The translations under genes were made by a program, and so were the position numbers. The notes below the pieces were generated by a model that searched no databases, was not told the origin of the DNA, and saw only the letters and a program-made list of their open reading frames with translations. Positions 16,135 through 25,620 of a DNA stretch of 64,000 nucleotides are shown here, piece after piece. The stretch comes from a virus. Its lineage: Duplodnaviria; Caudoviricetes. Position 1 is the stretch's first letter. Each line of letters opens with the position of its first letter. The stretch is taken from positions 1-64,000 of the IMG/VR virus record IMGVR_UViG_3300029288_000144, one strand, 5' to 3'.

Positions 16135-16311
16135 TTGAAAACGTATGTATATCTGGTTCGGAAAAATAGTTGGGACTCCGATGCTGATGAAATAAAAGCG
16201 GCGTATCTTGATTATGATTTGTTGATGAATGAAACAAAATGGTAGCGAGAACATAAAGAAGGATATATAAGAACCGCTTGGTATGTTGAAAAAATTGAGG
16301 TTAATAAATGA
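16135..16311 (+). pseudogene. small phage protein interrupted by in-frame TAG
   Basis: TTG start; KTYVYLVRKNSWDSDADEIKAAYLDYDLLMNETKW*REHKEGYIRTAWYVEKIEVNK; TAG at 16243-16245; ends in ATGA overlap with next gene. Confidence 0.55.
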
Positions 16312-17459
16312 AAATAAATCTATATGTAAAAGATTATGGTGGTGGTGTTGTTTTTTCTCAAAAGCCATGGGGAATTAAAATGAGGATAATATTACAGGCA
16401 TATTATGAGGGTCGTTATTGTTCAGATTATATCAACGCAAATACAAAACGACTAAAGATAGATAGGTTTACGTGAAAATAAAAATATTTGTTGCTGATTA
16501 CAAAAAATGTGTAGCTGCGGCTCATATTAGAAGAGAAAATGAATATTTAGTTTTCGGAAATGTAGATTATAATTCAATTTACATTGTTGTGTTTCAAAAA
16601 CCAAAAGAATACTGGATTTCAAATAAGACAAATGTAGACAGATTTAAAAAAATATATGATTGTGTGAACACCAATGAAAATACAATTAACCGTTGATAAT
16701 GGGATATATAACCAAACCGATTTTGTTAGATTCCACACTAAAGAATCTAAACATTGTTTTTGTTCACATACGTTATATGAAATGTTCTTCACGTCTTTAC
16801 TACCATTTAACAAATCCGTCAGAAATCTTAAAAAAGACCGATTTCAAAAAATAGGAGTAAAACTGTGAAAATATCGTTATATGTTTATGATGATGACCAA
16901 TATACTTATGCTCATTTTTCAAAATCCAAATTATATCCAAAAATTGATAACTATGCGGACTTTATAGTTGCGTTTTGTGATTATCCGTGTCTAAGCTTAT
17001 GTAATGTTGAAAGATTCAAGAAAATTTATCCAACAGCAGAACTCTACGAGGATTAAATATGAAAATCTATCTTACATTTGATAATACCAAATTATACAAA
17101 AACTCTGTTCGTTTACATGCTAACAAAGTATTAAATTATTCGTATGGTCTTGGATACAACGAGGCTTTGGGTTTTATTGGTTATTTGGGTGATTATGTTT
17201 GTGTGTCTAATTGCGGAAGAAAATTAAATGTTACAAGGTTAAATAAACTAAAATGAAACTATCAACATATTTAATAACCGACGATGGTAATATACACTTA
17301 GCTAGAGATAAAAAAGAAACGCTTAATTATGGCGAAACGGAAAGTAACAATAGGTATTTCATAGTTGTTTTTATGGAATTTAATGAATTTTGGATTTCTA
17401 AACTGTGTAAGGTTCCTCGTTTTATGAAGTGGTTTACGGGACACAATTATAACGACTGA
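16308..17459 (+). CDS. MKI micro-protein array block 1b: six ORFs (16308-16475, 16472-16696, 16674-16868, 16865-17056, 17059-17256, 17253-17459)
   Basis: 55-74 aa; MKI/MKL starts; KRLK/DRFKK/DRFQK/ERFKK/TRLNK/PRFMK near C-termini; ATGA/GTGA overlaps. Confidence 0.75.
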
Positions 17460-17616
17460 AAATAAATTTATTTCTTAAAGATTGTTGTTTTTCTCATTAT
17501 AAGACAGGAACCAATATGTTTATAATACATATGTTGACCTCCATCAGTAGAATCCCAGCATACTCGCCGTATATAGAGACATTAAACGTAAGAAGAATCA
17601 AGAAAATTCAAAAGGA

Positions 17617-18621
17617 GTGGAAATCATGAACAGATGTATTTTGATGCGTGGATATCCTGGTTGTGGAAAATCTACAAGAGCCAAAGAACTATCAGATGAG
17701 TTTGGAAACTGTTCAATCGTATCGGCTGATAACTATTGGATTGATTCAAACGGTTTTTACAAATTTGATGTTTCTAAATTAAAATTAGCCCACGAATATT
17801 GTTACAATGAGTTTAAGAAAGCCATTGCTGCAGGACGAAATGTGATTGTTGACAATACGAATCTCAAATTTGAAGATTGTAAGAAATATTTCGATTATAT
17901 TTTGAAGAACAATAATGTAGGAACTCATCGTTACGCAATCGATATTTGTGAAGTTTCTTACAACGATTTAGATACAGCGATTTCTCTTAGAAGCAATCGC
18001 GAAGATGGAAAGAATATTCCATCTGAAAAGATTCGCGGAATGTATGATATCTTCCGGAAAATCAATTGTGTTTCGTTGATGCTTTCGAATTACACCAACA
18101 AGATTGATTTTGTTTTTCCGAAAGATGTAGTAGAATATAATTGGTTAGAGAATTCTTCAACAGATAAAACCAAAAAAGATTGTGTGATTTGTGACCTTGA
18201 TGGAACTCTATCTATTTTCAAACTTGCGGATGGCACGCTGTTACGAAATGCTTTTGATGCTTCTACTTGCGAATCGGATTTGATAAACGTTGCTGTAGCT
18301 AAAGCTATTTCAGCATTTGAGCTTGTAGGAAACGAAATCATTTTTCTTTCTGGAAGAGAGAACAAATACAGAAAAGAAACCGAAGCATTTTTGAATAGAG
18401 TTTCGGAAAAATATGGATTGAATAAAAATCACAAACTATACATGAGAGCTGCTGGAGATTTTCGTTCTGATGATATTGTAAAATCTGAAATCTTTTCAAA
18501 CAACATCAAAGACAAATATAATGTAGTTTGTGTTTTTGATGACCGACCAAAAGTTGTTCGTCTGTGGCGTTCTTTGGGGTTGTTTGTTTTTGATTGTAAT
18601 TACCGTGGAGAGGAATTCTAA
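17617..18621 (+). CDS. pseT: polynucleotide 5'-kinase / 3'-phosphatase (T4 PseT-like)
   Basis: P-loop GYPGCGKST in N-terminal kinase; HAD motifs DLDGT, LSGR, FDDRPKV in C-terminal domain. Confidence 0.9.
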   Translation: MEIMNRCILMRGYPGCGKSTRAKELSDEFGNCSIVSADNYWIDSNGFYKFDVSKLKLAHEYCYNEFKKAIAAGRNVIVDNTNLKFEDCKKYFDYILKNNNVGTHRYAIDICEVSYNDLDTAISLRSNREDGKNIPSEKIRGMYDIFRKINCVSLMLSNYTNKIDFVFPKDVVEYNWLENSSTDKTKKDCVICDLDGTLSIFKLADGTLLRNAFDASTCESDLINVAVAKAISAFELVGNEIIFLSGRENKYRKETEAFLNRVSEKYGLNKNHKLYMRAAGDFRSDDIVKSEIFSNNIKDKYNVVCVFDDRPKVVRLWRSLGLFVFDCNYRGEEF

Positions 18622-19799
18622 TGGAAACTTTTACTCTTAGAGAATATTTGAATCAGAACTATCTTAACGACGATTCGGTTGTAGCCGATTTTCATTCCAA
18701 GTTTGGTGTGAACGTTTCTAAGTTTGAAAATTATTTCCTTTTCAAATACGACCAAATTCTCGCTAATTGGAATGACCCGATTGTAAAAGAATGTCGTGGA
18801 ACCATTCTTCAGAAAAATGAAACGTGGGAATATGTTTCTATTCCGTTTAGCAAATTCTTCAATCTACAAGAAGGACGATGCGAAATCTTTTCTTTTGTTG
18901 AATTGAAGTTGGTTGAAAAGATCGACGGTTCGTGTATTCAAGTTTGGTTTGATGGAAATAATTGGAGAGCATCTACGCTTGGGAGCATTCAAACCGCGAA
19001 TGTTTTTGATTGGCAGTTTACGTTTTCTGAGTTGTTCTGGAAAATATTCAACAACTCAGGTTTGAAAAAAGAAATGTTGATTCCTGGATATACTTACATT
19101 TTTGAACTGTGGAGCAAATACAATCAGGTTGTTACTCGTTACAGTGAAGAAAAGATTGTTTTGCTGGCTATTAGAAACAACAAGACTTTTTCTTTGACAG
19201 ATTTTTCTAATGAACAAATTCAAAAAATGTTTGGGTTTGTTCATCGTCCAATCTTTCTTGAAAACAAAGTTGGCTCTAAAGAAGAGTTGATTTCTCTGGT
19301 TGAGGAATTAGCAAAAGACGAAGTCCGTTTTGGAAAGATTCCCGAAGGTTTTGTTGGTTATGTTTCGGGAAGACCCGTGTGTAAAATCAAAAATGAGAAG
19401 TACTGTCAGACTCATAGAATTCTAACTGGAGATAAAGCATTCGTTTTGAAGAATGTGGTTGCTTCCGTTTTTTGTGGAAATGTTGATGACATCTACGGAG
19501 ATTTGACCGACGAACTAAAAGAATTCGTTGATAGATTGAAAGAAAAGATTAGACAAATTATTGACCAGTTGAACGGGGTTTCATATCAATTATTTTTGAT
19601 GGATAACAAATTCAATGCGAAAGAATATGCTCTCAAAGTTCAAGAATTAACAAATAACGAACTGTTAATGTTTCGTGGATTTCTGTTTGATAAGAAAAAA
19701 GAAATATGTGAAACAGGAAACATGCGAGATTTGTTTCTTCCGTGGATTGTTAATGGAAACAGATACGAAAAGAATTTGGATTTTTGGAGAAATGTATGA
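18621..19799 (+). CDS. rnlA: RNA ligase 1 (T4 RnlA-like)
   Basis: ECRGTIL, PFSKFFN, motif I EKIDGS, YIFEL, PEGFV, KIKNEKY. Confidence 0.85.
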   Translation: METFTLREYLNQNYLNDDSVVADFHSKFGVNVSKFENYFLFKYDQILANWNDPIVKECRGTILQKNETWEYVSIPFSKFFNLQEGRCEIFSFVELKLVEKIDGSCIQVWFDGNNWRASTLGSIQTANVFDWQFTFSELFWKIFNNSGLKKEMLIPGYTYIFELWSKYNQVVTRYSEEKIVLLAIRNNKTFSLTDFSNEQIQKMFGFVHRPIFLENKVGSKEELISLVEELAKDEVRFGKIPEGFVGYVSGRPVCKIKNEKYCQTHRILTGDKAFVLKNVVASVFCGNVDDIYGDLTDELKEFVDRLKEKIRQIIDQLNGVSYQLFLMDNKFNAKEYALKVQELTNNELLMFRGFLFDKKKEICETGNMRDLFLPWIVNGNRYEKNLDFWRNV

Positions 19800-20431
19800 A
19801 TGAAGTAAAATACCCAAGAACATATCACCTTCCTTATTCTCCCGGAAGCACTAATGATGATAAAAAGTTTCCAAACGATTCTCACCTAATCGAAAAAGAA
19901 ATTGTTCTAACTTTAAAATTAGATGGCGAAAATTGTTCGTTGACCAAAAATAAAATTTGGGCTAGGAGCTTAGATTCTCAAAACCACCCAAGTAGAAATT
20001 GGGTCAAGAATTTTTGGGAAAACATTCGTTATGATATTCCGGATGATTTAAGAATTTGCGGCGAAAATTTATACGCAAAGCATTCAATCTATTATGATGA
20101 ACTACCAAGTTATTTCATATGTTTTAATATTTGGCGCGGCGATGAATGTTTAAGCTGGAAAGAAACAGAAGAATGGTGCAGTTTGATAGGATTAGAAATA
20201 GTTCCGGTTGTTTATCGCGGAATCTATTCAAAAGAGATAATATTAAAAGAAGCTACGAGTTCTGAGAAAATATTTGGCGGCGAACGCGAAGGAATTGTCG
20301 GAAGAAATCCTGAAAGTTTCAACTACGAAAATTTCAAAGAAAATACATTTAAATGGGTTAGAAAAGGACATGTCCAAACAACTCAACACTGGATGTATGA
20401 CAAAATCATTCCCAACAAGTTGAAAATATGA
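19784..20431 (+). CDS. second ATP-dependent RNA ligase (Rnl2-family-like nucleotidyltransferase); start probably 19796
   Basis: KYPRTYHLPYSPG, KLDGEN, ICGENLYAKHSIYY, EREGIV, KWVRKGHVQT. Confidence 0.85.
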   Translation: MEKCMNEVKYPRTYHLPYSPGSTNDDKKFPNDSHLIEKEIVLTLKLDGENCSLTKNKIWARSLDSQNHPSRNWVKNFWENIRYDIPDDLRICGENLYAKHSIYYDELPSYFICFNIWRGDECLSWKETEEWCSLIGLEIVPVVYRGIYSKEIILKEATSSEKIFGGEREGIVGRNPESFNYENFKENTFKWVRKGHVQTTQHWMYDKIIPNKLKI

Positions 20432-20742
20432 AAATACATCTGAAAGTTGAAGTATCAAAATATGTAGGAAAACGAAGAGTGTATAATCATTTTTTAGATT
20501 TAGGAGATTTTGAAATAGTTTACGTCTTTGAAACCGATGACTATTTTGAAGATACTGTATCTGATTATATTTCAAACTGGAAAAGATTAGAAATAAGTAA
20601 AACAAAACCAAAAATTGTTACGTGGATAACTCCTTTCACAAATGAGGTGTTCACAAGTTTCAATTCAACTGATGACAACAACGATTACATTACAACATAT
20701 ATGGAAGATAACAAAAGAATGATGAAATGGAAAACAAGATGA
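20428..20742 (+). CDS. MKI-family protein (long variant), 104 aa
   Basis: MKIHLKV start, KRMMK end, ATGA overlap. Confidence 0.7.
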   Translation: MKIHLKVEVSKYVGKRRVYNHFLDLGDFEIVYVFETDDYFEDTVSDYISNWKRLEISKTKPKIVTWITPFTNEVFTSFNSTDDNNDYITTYMEDNKRMMKWKTR

Positions 20743-20937
20743 AAACACTTAGGGGTTAACAACATTTTTCTAACATCTCGCAGAAGGGTGCTGTTACCTA
20801 TTTTTCCAACGTTTTAACGAACAGTAATAGATAAAGACATATTGTATTTCTTTAATGTTTAAGATATGTTAAAGTCCGATAGAATATGGGTTTGAAGAAC
20901 AAAAATTAAGTTAAAAATGATAACAAATATGTCGTAA
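20739..20937 (+). pseudogene. decayed MKI-family gene
   Basis: ATGA-coupled ATG AAA stops after 6 codons; shifted frame reads KHLGVNNIFL...RTKIKLK with three internal stops. Confidence 0.45.
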
Positions 20938-21021
20938 AAATCTAAACATTGTTGAAATAGAAAGAACTGCTTGAAATATTTTTGCGACAGATTAAAATAG
21001 AAGAAGAAAGAATAAAGCGAC

Positions 21022-21393
21022 ATGAAAATAACTTTGAAATATAATGGAATGTTTGGAACGTGGAATAGAATTTTAAAACAAGATAACCCCGATTCTTTAA
21101 TTTTTCAGTCTGGATATAAACACTCAGACTTGATGGCATGGAATCGTATAAACAGACCTTTTGCTAAACGTTTTATAAAATGGCTGTGAGATATGAAATG
21201 CGAATTAAAATTAGATAAAACCTCGTGGAGTTTTTCGCCAAAATACAATACCAAAAACGGAAATGGAATATCCGTTGGTTTTATTTCCGGCAATCCATAC
21301 GCATATTGGAGCAATCAAAATTCTCCATTCGCAATTCTAAAACGATTAAAGATAAAATACGAGTACAAAGGAATAATATGCCATACAAACTAA
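21022..21393 (+). CDS. two MKI-family ORFs (21022-21189, 21193-21393)
   Basis: MKITLKY...KRFIKWL; MKCELKL...KRLKI. Confidence 0.7.
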
Positions 21394-21680
21394 AACATAG
21401 AGAAACGGGATTGTATTGGAAAGGCTCGTCTCAAAAGCCTCTTGAAAAAGGGGAGATGAATAAATTGTGCTGGAGCAAGAACGGGAAGTCTTGGAATCAA
21501 AAAGGTCATTTAAGTTCTGCTTTAACAAATGTGCTTCGGCCAGAATATATTAGAGGAACTAGTTTCGAAGATTATTCCAAGAGTGAAGTATTGTATGGTT
21601 GGTTTGAAGAAAACTGCGTTGTTGAATATTATGAAACTCCAAAAGAAATCAATTTCTCAGATTTTAAGAAATTGGATTGA
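21378..21680 (+). CDS. hypothetical phage protein, 100 aa (MPYKLKHRETGLYW...)
   Basis: AAGGA RBS; YKLKH.ETGLYW...WSKNGKSW...GHL pattern typical of small phage proteins. Confidence 0.7.
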   Translation: MPYKLKHRETGLYWKGSSQKPLEKGEMNKLCWSKNGKSWNQKGHLSSALTNVLRPEYIRGTSFEDYSKSEVLYGWFEENCVVEYYETPKEINFSDFKKLD

Positions 21681-21681
21681 T

Positions 21682-22854
21682 ATGAAAATTAAACTTTGGG
21701 TTGTGGACCGAAATAGATATCACAACATTCATTTTGGAACCGATATGTATTATTCGGCAGGATATTACGATTATTTAGATTTTGGTGGAGTTTTTGTTTT
21801 CAACCCTAAGAAATATGAAAATTTACTATATAGGCTAGACAAATATTTTCCCGAAAGTAATATTAAAAAATATGAAAATTTACTTAAAAATAAGTAGACG
21901 ATATCATGAAACCGCTTTTATTTTCAACAAGAGAATAAATCTTTCAAAACATTTGACCGTAATTTATGATTCGGTTGGAAAAGTTTTCGCTTCAAATTTA
22001 TCAAACTACAAAAATTACAAAAGAAGGTTGAAACTTAAATGAAAATATTATTAAAAGTAAATAAAGAATATTCAGAATATGAATTTGTATTGTATCGTAA
22101 ATATACAAAACGAAAACCAAAATTTATTATTCGCTATTTTGCTAACGAAATAGAAAATCTTCATCTTATGATACCTTACGACAAATACAACATCTACAAA
22201 AACAGATACAGAAATATAGAAAGAAGATTAAATTTGGAGATTCATAAAGTATGAAGTTACTAATTCGATTTGAAAACCGTTATTCCGATCCTTATTGTTG
22301 TTGGTGCCGATGCTGGTTTTTGTTTGATAGAAGAATAATACGTTCGGATTTGGCGCAAAACCCAATCAGAATTCTTACCACCCAACAATACAATGGAGAA
22401 AAAATTAAAAAATATACAAACAAAAGGATTCGGTTATGAAGATAAAATTGCGGTGTTTGGGTAATTTGCGTGGTTACTCGTTCGCTCTATATAACCAAGA
22501 AAGAGTCGTATTACAATATTTTGCGTCCAAATTAAAACCAATATATTTGGTTTATGTCATGTCACAACGTCACAAAAAAGAGATAAAACACGCTGCATTT
22601 CTCCGTCGAATGAAAACAACAATCCAATCACAATTATAAAAATAACATTTAGAATATTTTTAAACAACGAGAATAACTTTTTGTATTTTAATTTTGGAAA
22701 GAGTTATGATAGATCGAATGTTGTATTCCTTCCATATCCCGAATTAAACCAAAAATCTTGTAACCTGAACGGAATTAACGATTTGGATTTTACGAAAACA
22801 AAAAGCCGCTACATTAGGTTATGTAAGCGGCTTAAGATAAAAATAATTGATTGA
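21682..22854 (+). CDS. MKI array block 2: six ORFs (21682-21897, 21872-22042, 22039-22254, 22251-22439, 22436-22639, 22636-22854 with ATA start)
   Basis: 56-72 aa; MKI/MKL starts; RRL/KRI/RRM/KRL ends; ATGA overlaps, last junction ATAA. Confidence 0.7.
22803..22833. terminator. hairpin at convergence of plus and minus operons
   Basis: AAGCCGCT-ACAT-TAGGTT-ATGT-A-AGCGGCTT. Confidence 0.6.
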
Positions 22855-22863
22855 ATTGATATT

Positions 22864-23283
22864 TTATCTAACCGGAACTATCAATTCTTTATCAACTGCC
22901 TGTTTATACTCTTTACTATCTTTTTTCAAATTAAACAAATCGATAAACGATAATTTTTCTTTACCTGGTTTTCTCAATTGAGCGATGTCTAAACCAAGTA
23001 ACGAATCTATTTTCTTTCTATAAGCTCGGTAATTTGCGTCTGGTTCGGCAGATGCGCTCGGTTTCCATCGTTTCATTACTTCTTTCTGATGAGGTTCTTG
23101 TTTCGTAGTGTCATCAATTGCTAAGAAAAATGCCAATTTGATTTCGTCAAGAGTGTATTTAGTCAAATCAATTCCTACTTTCTCCAAATCTTTCATAGTT
23201 TTTTCAATAGCATCAAAATTGATAACATCTGTCCGACGAGCCATCTCATTTAATTCTGTATCAACCCATTCACGCAAGTTCAT
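22864..23283 (-). CDS. putative internal head protein, type A copy 2
   Basis: MNLREWVDTELNE N-terminus (CTS-like); paralog of 23564-24043. Confidence 0.75.
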   Translation of the reverse strand: MNLREWVDTELNEMARRTDVINFDAIEKTMKDLEKVGIDLTKYTLDEIKLAFFLAIDDTTKQEPHQKEVMKRWKPSASAEPDANYRAYRKKIDSLLGLDIAQLRKPGKEKLSFIDLFNLKKDSKEYKQAVDKELIVPVR

Positions 23284-23567
23284 TTGTATCTCCAAAATTT
23301 ATAAGGAATGTTATAATCAACCAAAGCATTTCTCTTGTCATTTGTGTGTAATGTCCATTTAGATACGTTTAGTGTTCTTGCTGCTTGTGATGCATCACCT
23401 TCCGCAGAATTAAGATGAACAATATACGCTAAAACTTTTGCCCCATCTTCAAACAGATTATCAAGATTTATATTCTTATGTTTCAAAGCCGCCGCCAAAT
23501 CAAATGTTTTTGTGACATCAACAACCGCTTCATTTAATTGCTGTTCTGTATATTCTTTGAAATTCAT
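23280..23567 (-). CDS. putative internal head protein with Fis-type HTH, type B copy 2
   Basis: MNFKEYTEQQLNE; GDASQAARTLNVSKWTLH. Confidence 0.75.
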   Translation of the reverse strand: MNFKEYTEQQLNEAVVDVTKTFDLAAALKHKNINLDNLFEDGAKVLAYIVHLNSAEGDASQAARTLNVSKWTLHTNDKRNALVDYNIPYKFWRYK

Positions 23568-24043
23568 TCTTCTTCTCCAGCCATTTTGACACGACCTTGT
23601 TTCTGTTCTTTTTCAAACTTTGTTCCTGGCTGGATTCCTTTTAGAGATGAGAACGAAGTGTTAACTCTATGCGGACGTTCTCCAGCAATTGGATTAGGAA
23701 CCAAAATCTTGTTAATTTCTTCGACATTCAATTTCAGAAGTTTCATCAACTTGTCTCTGTAAGCACGATAGTTAGCATCCGGTTCCGATTTAGAGCTTGG
23801 TTTCCAATACTTCATAACTTCGGCTTGATGTTTTGGAGACTCCCCACGGACAATTTCATCAAGATAGAAAAAGAAAGCGGATGTAATTTCATCAAAAGAA
23901 TATTTACTCAAATCAATTCCTGCGGATTCAAGTTCGCTCATTGTCTTTTTAATGGCGTCCAAATCAACTAAATCTTTTCTAAGAGCCATTTCATTCAGCA
24001 TCTTCTCTTCAACTTCTTTATCAATTAGTTTTACCAAATTCAT
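23564..24043 (-). CDS. putative internal head protein, type A copy 1
   Basis: KMLNE site; shares GIDLSKY, HQ.EVMK.WKPS..SEPDANYRAYR with 22864-23283. Confidence 0.75.
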   Translation of the reverse strand: MNLVKLIDKEVEEKMLNEMALRKDLVDLDAIKKTMSELESAGIDLSKYSFDEITSAFFFYLDEIVRGESPKHQAEVMKYWKPSSKSEPDANYRAYRDKLMKLLKLNVEEINKILVPNPIAGERPHRVNTSFSSLKGIQPGTKFEKEQKQGRVKMAGEEE

Positions 24044-24339
24044 TCTTTAATCCTCCACAACTCTTCTGGAATTTCAAGAGCAACCAACGGATTCTTCTTT
24101 GGGTCTTTAGAATGAAGAGTAGCTCTATCTTTTCCTAACGAATCTGCGGCTTTTGCTAAATTTCCTTCAAACGCTTTGATGTGCGAAAGATACGCTAAAA
24201 CTTTTACACTATCTTCGCTCAAACGCTTTGACAATTTAGCTTCAACTAATTTGTCTCTTAATCCTAAAGCCTTGTTAACATTGATGGTTGCTTCTGATAA
24301 AACACCAATTTCTTTTTCAATAAACTCTTTTAAGTCCAT
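24040..24339 (-). CDS. putative internal head protein with Fis-type HTH, type B copy 1
   Basis: MDLKEFIEKEIGVLSE; GNLAKAADSLGKDRATLH; GAGG RBS; TAAATAG late promoter at 24357-24362. Confidence 0.75.
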   Translation of the reverse strand: MDLKEFIEKEIGVLSEATINVNKALGLRDKLVEAKLSKRLSEDSVKVLAYLSHIKAFEGNLAKAADSLGKDRATLHSKDPKKNPLVALEIPEELWRIKE

Positions 24340-24375
24340 AATAACCTCTTTAGAACTATTTAGGAACAAAATCAA

Positions 24376-24573
24376 ATGAAAATAAATATGACAGTTGAAA
24401 AAGAACAGGAAAATTATTGGATTGTTAGATTTTTTTTGCCCATCATCCAATCAGATAGAACTTGTTTAGTTGGGCAATGGTTTCCAAGAGAAGTTGGTTA
24501 TTTTATTCCCAAAATTGGCCGATACATATTTACAAAGTCAGCTAAAGACATGAGAATTTCCAATCATAAATAG
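24376..24573 (+). CDS. solitary MKI-family ORF, 65 aa
   Basis: MKINMTV start; lies between two divergent late promoters. Confidence 0.6.
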   Translation: MKINMTVEKEQENYWIVRFFLPIIQSDRTCLVGQWFPREVGYFIPKIGRYIFTKSAKDMRISNHK

Positions 24574-24594
24574 TTCTAAAAGAGGTTAACTACT

Positions 24595-25437
24595 ATGGGA
24601 TTTAAGGATTGGTTAAATGAAGAAGTTGATGTTGCTTCTGCTCTAAAAGAGAAGGCTGAAAAAGGTCTAAACATCAAGACTAAGTTCGGAACATTCAAGT
24701 TTGACAAGATGGACAAGAAGAAGTATGTCTTTGTTCTTGATGGAGATGATAAAGACATTTCTGTTGTTGTTGCCGAAAAACCCAATGAGAAATATCTTGA
24801 CCTAACAATTTCTGTTTTCAAAAAGGATTCGCTTGTCGGAAAACGCAAATCTGCTCCGGATGACGATTCCGAAACACAATATCTAAAAACAGATATTACT
24901 CGTAAGGCTGCAAAAGATATTAAGAAAGCTGTTGAAGAAATTCTCGGTTCACTTAATGAAGATGAACTAATCACGCTCGATGAAGATTTTGGAGCAACCG
25001 CACTTGCCGCAGCTCTAATTCCCCTTGTCATTGGTTCTATTCCAGTTCTGAACAAAGCAGCTCACGAATATAATTGGTTCGGAATTGCTAATGAAAAAGA
25101 ATCTAAAATCAAAACTATCGATGACATTAAAGAAAAGATTCAGAAGTTCTCACTCAAACAGATTCAAGAAATTCTAAAAGACGAAAAGAAAGCAGATGCG
25201 ATTGTTGATGAGCTTTTAGATACAATTAAGAAAGAATCTCCAAGGTTTATTGTTAATCCTAGAACCAAGGCAGAAATCTATGACCAAGTTCTTTTCTATC
25301 TTAGGAGAAGTGCAGAAGCTAAGAGCAAAGAACCCGTTGCTAAAGGAATGACTCCTGTAAAAGATGCCGCGAAAGATGCTCTCGCTCGGTCGTCTGGTTA
25401 CAAGAAAGGCGGCGTTTGGTTCGGAACTCAAAATTAA
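24595..25437 (+). CDS. putative internal head (poly)protein, 280 aa
   Basis: ATAAATAGTT late promoter at about 24566-24575; GAGG RBS; MGFKDWLNE and internal SLNE/TLDE sites. Confidence 0.75.
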   Translation: MGFKDWLNEEVDVASALKEKAEKGLNIKTKFGTFKFDKMDKKKYVFVLDGDDKDISVVVAEKPNEKYLDLTISVFKKDSLVGKRKSAPDDDSETQYLKTDITRKAAKDIKKAVEEILGSLNEDELITLDEDFGATALAAALIPLVIGSIPVLNKAAHEYNWFGIANEKESKIKTIDDIKEKIQKFSLKQIQEILKDEKKADAIVDELLDTIKKESPRFIVNPRTKAEIYDQVLFYLRRSAEAKSKEPVAKGMTPVKDAAKDALARSSGYKKGGVWFGTQN

Positions 25438-25455
25438 GTTAGGCAAAAACATCTA

Positions 25456-25498
25456 TTGACAATGAAGCCTTCCGGTGGTATATTCAATCGGAAGGCTT
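25456..25498 (+). promoter_or_regulatory. sigma70-like promoter overlapping a terminator hairpin
   Basis: TTGACA-N17-TATATT; 10 bp stem AAGCCTTCCG/CGGAAGGCTT followed by T tract. Confidence 0.7.
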
Positions 25499-25620
25499 TC
25501 TTTTAGACTCTCTTTGGAATAAATCATTGAAATATTGAACAACTGAAAAATTAGAAAGATTTATTAGGACTGGACATTTAAGCCACGATAAAATAAAGGT
25601 AACCAAGAGAGGTGGCACAT

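Noticed and set aside
24576-25055. Antisense ORF beginning MFRTGIEPMT, which looks like a translated tRNA
   Set aside because: The DNA has no cloverleaf; it is the shadow of the plus-strand gene 24595-25437.
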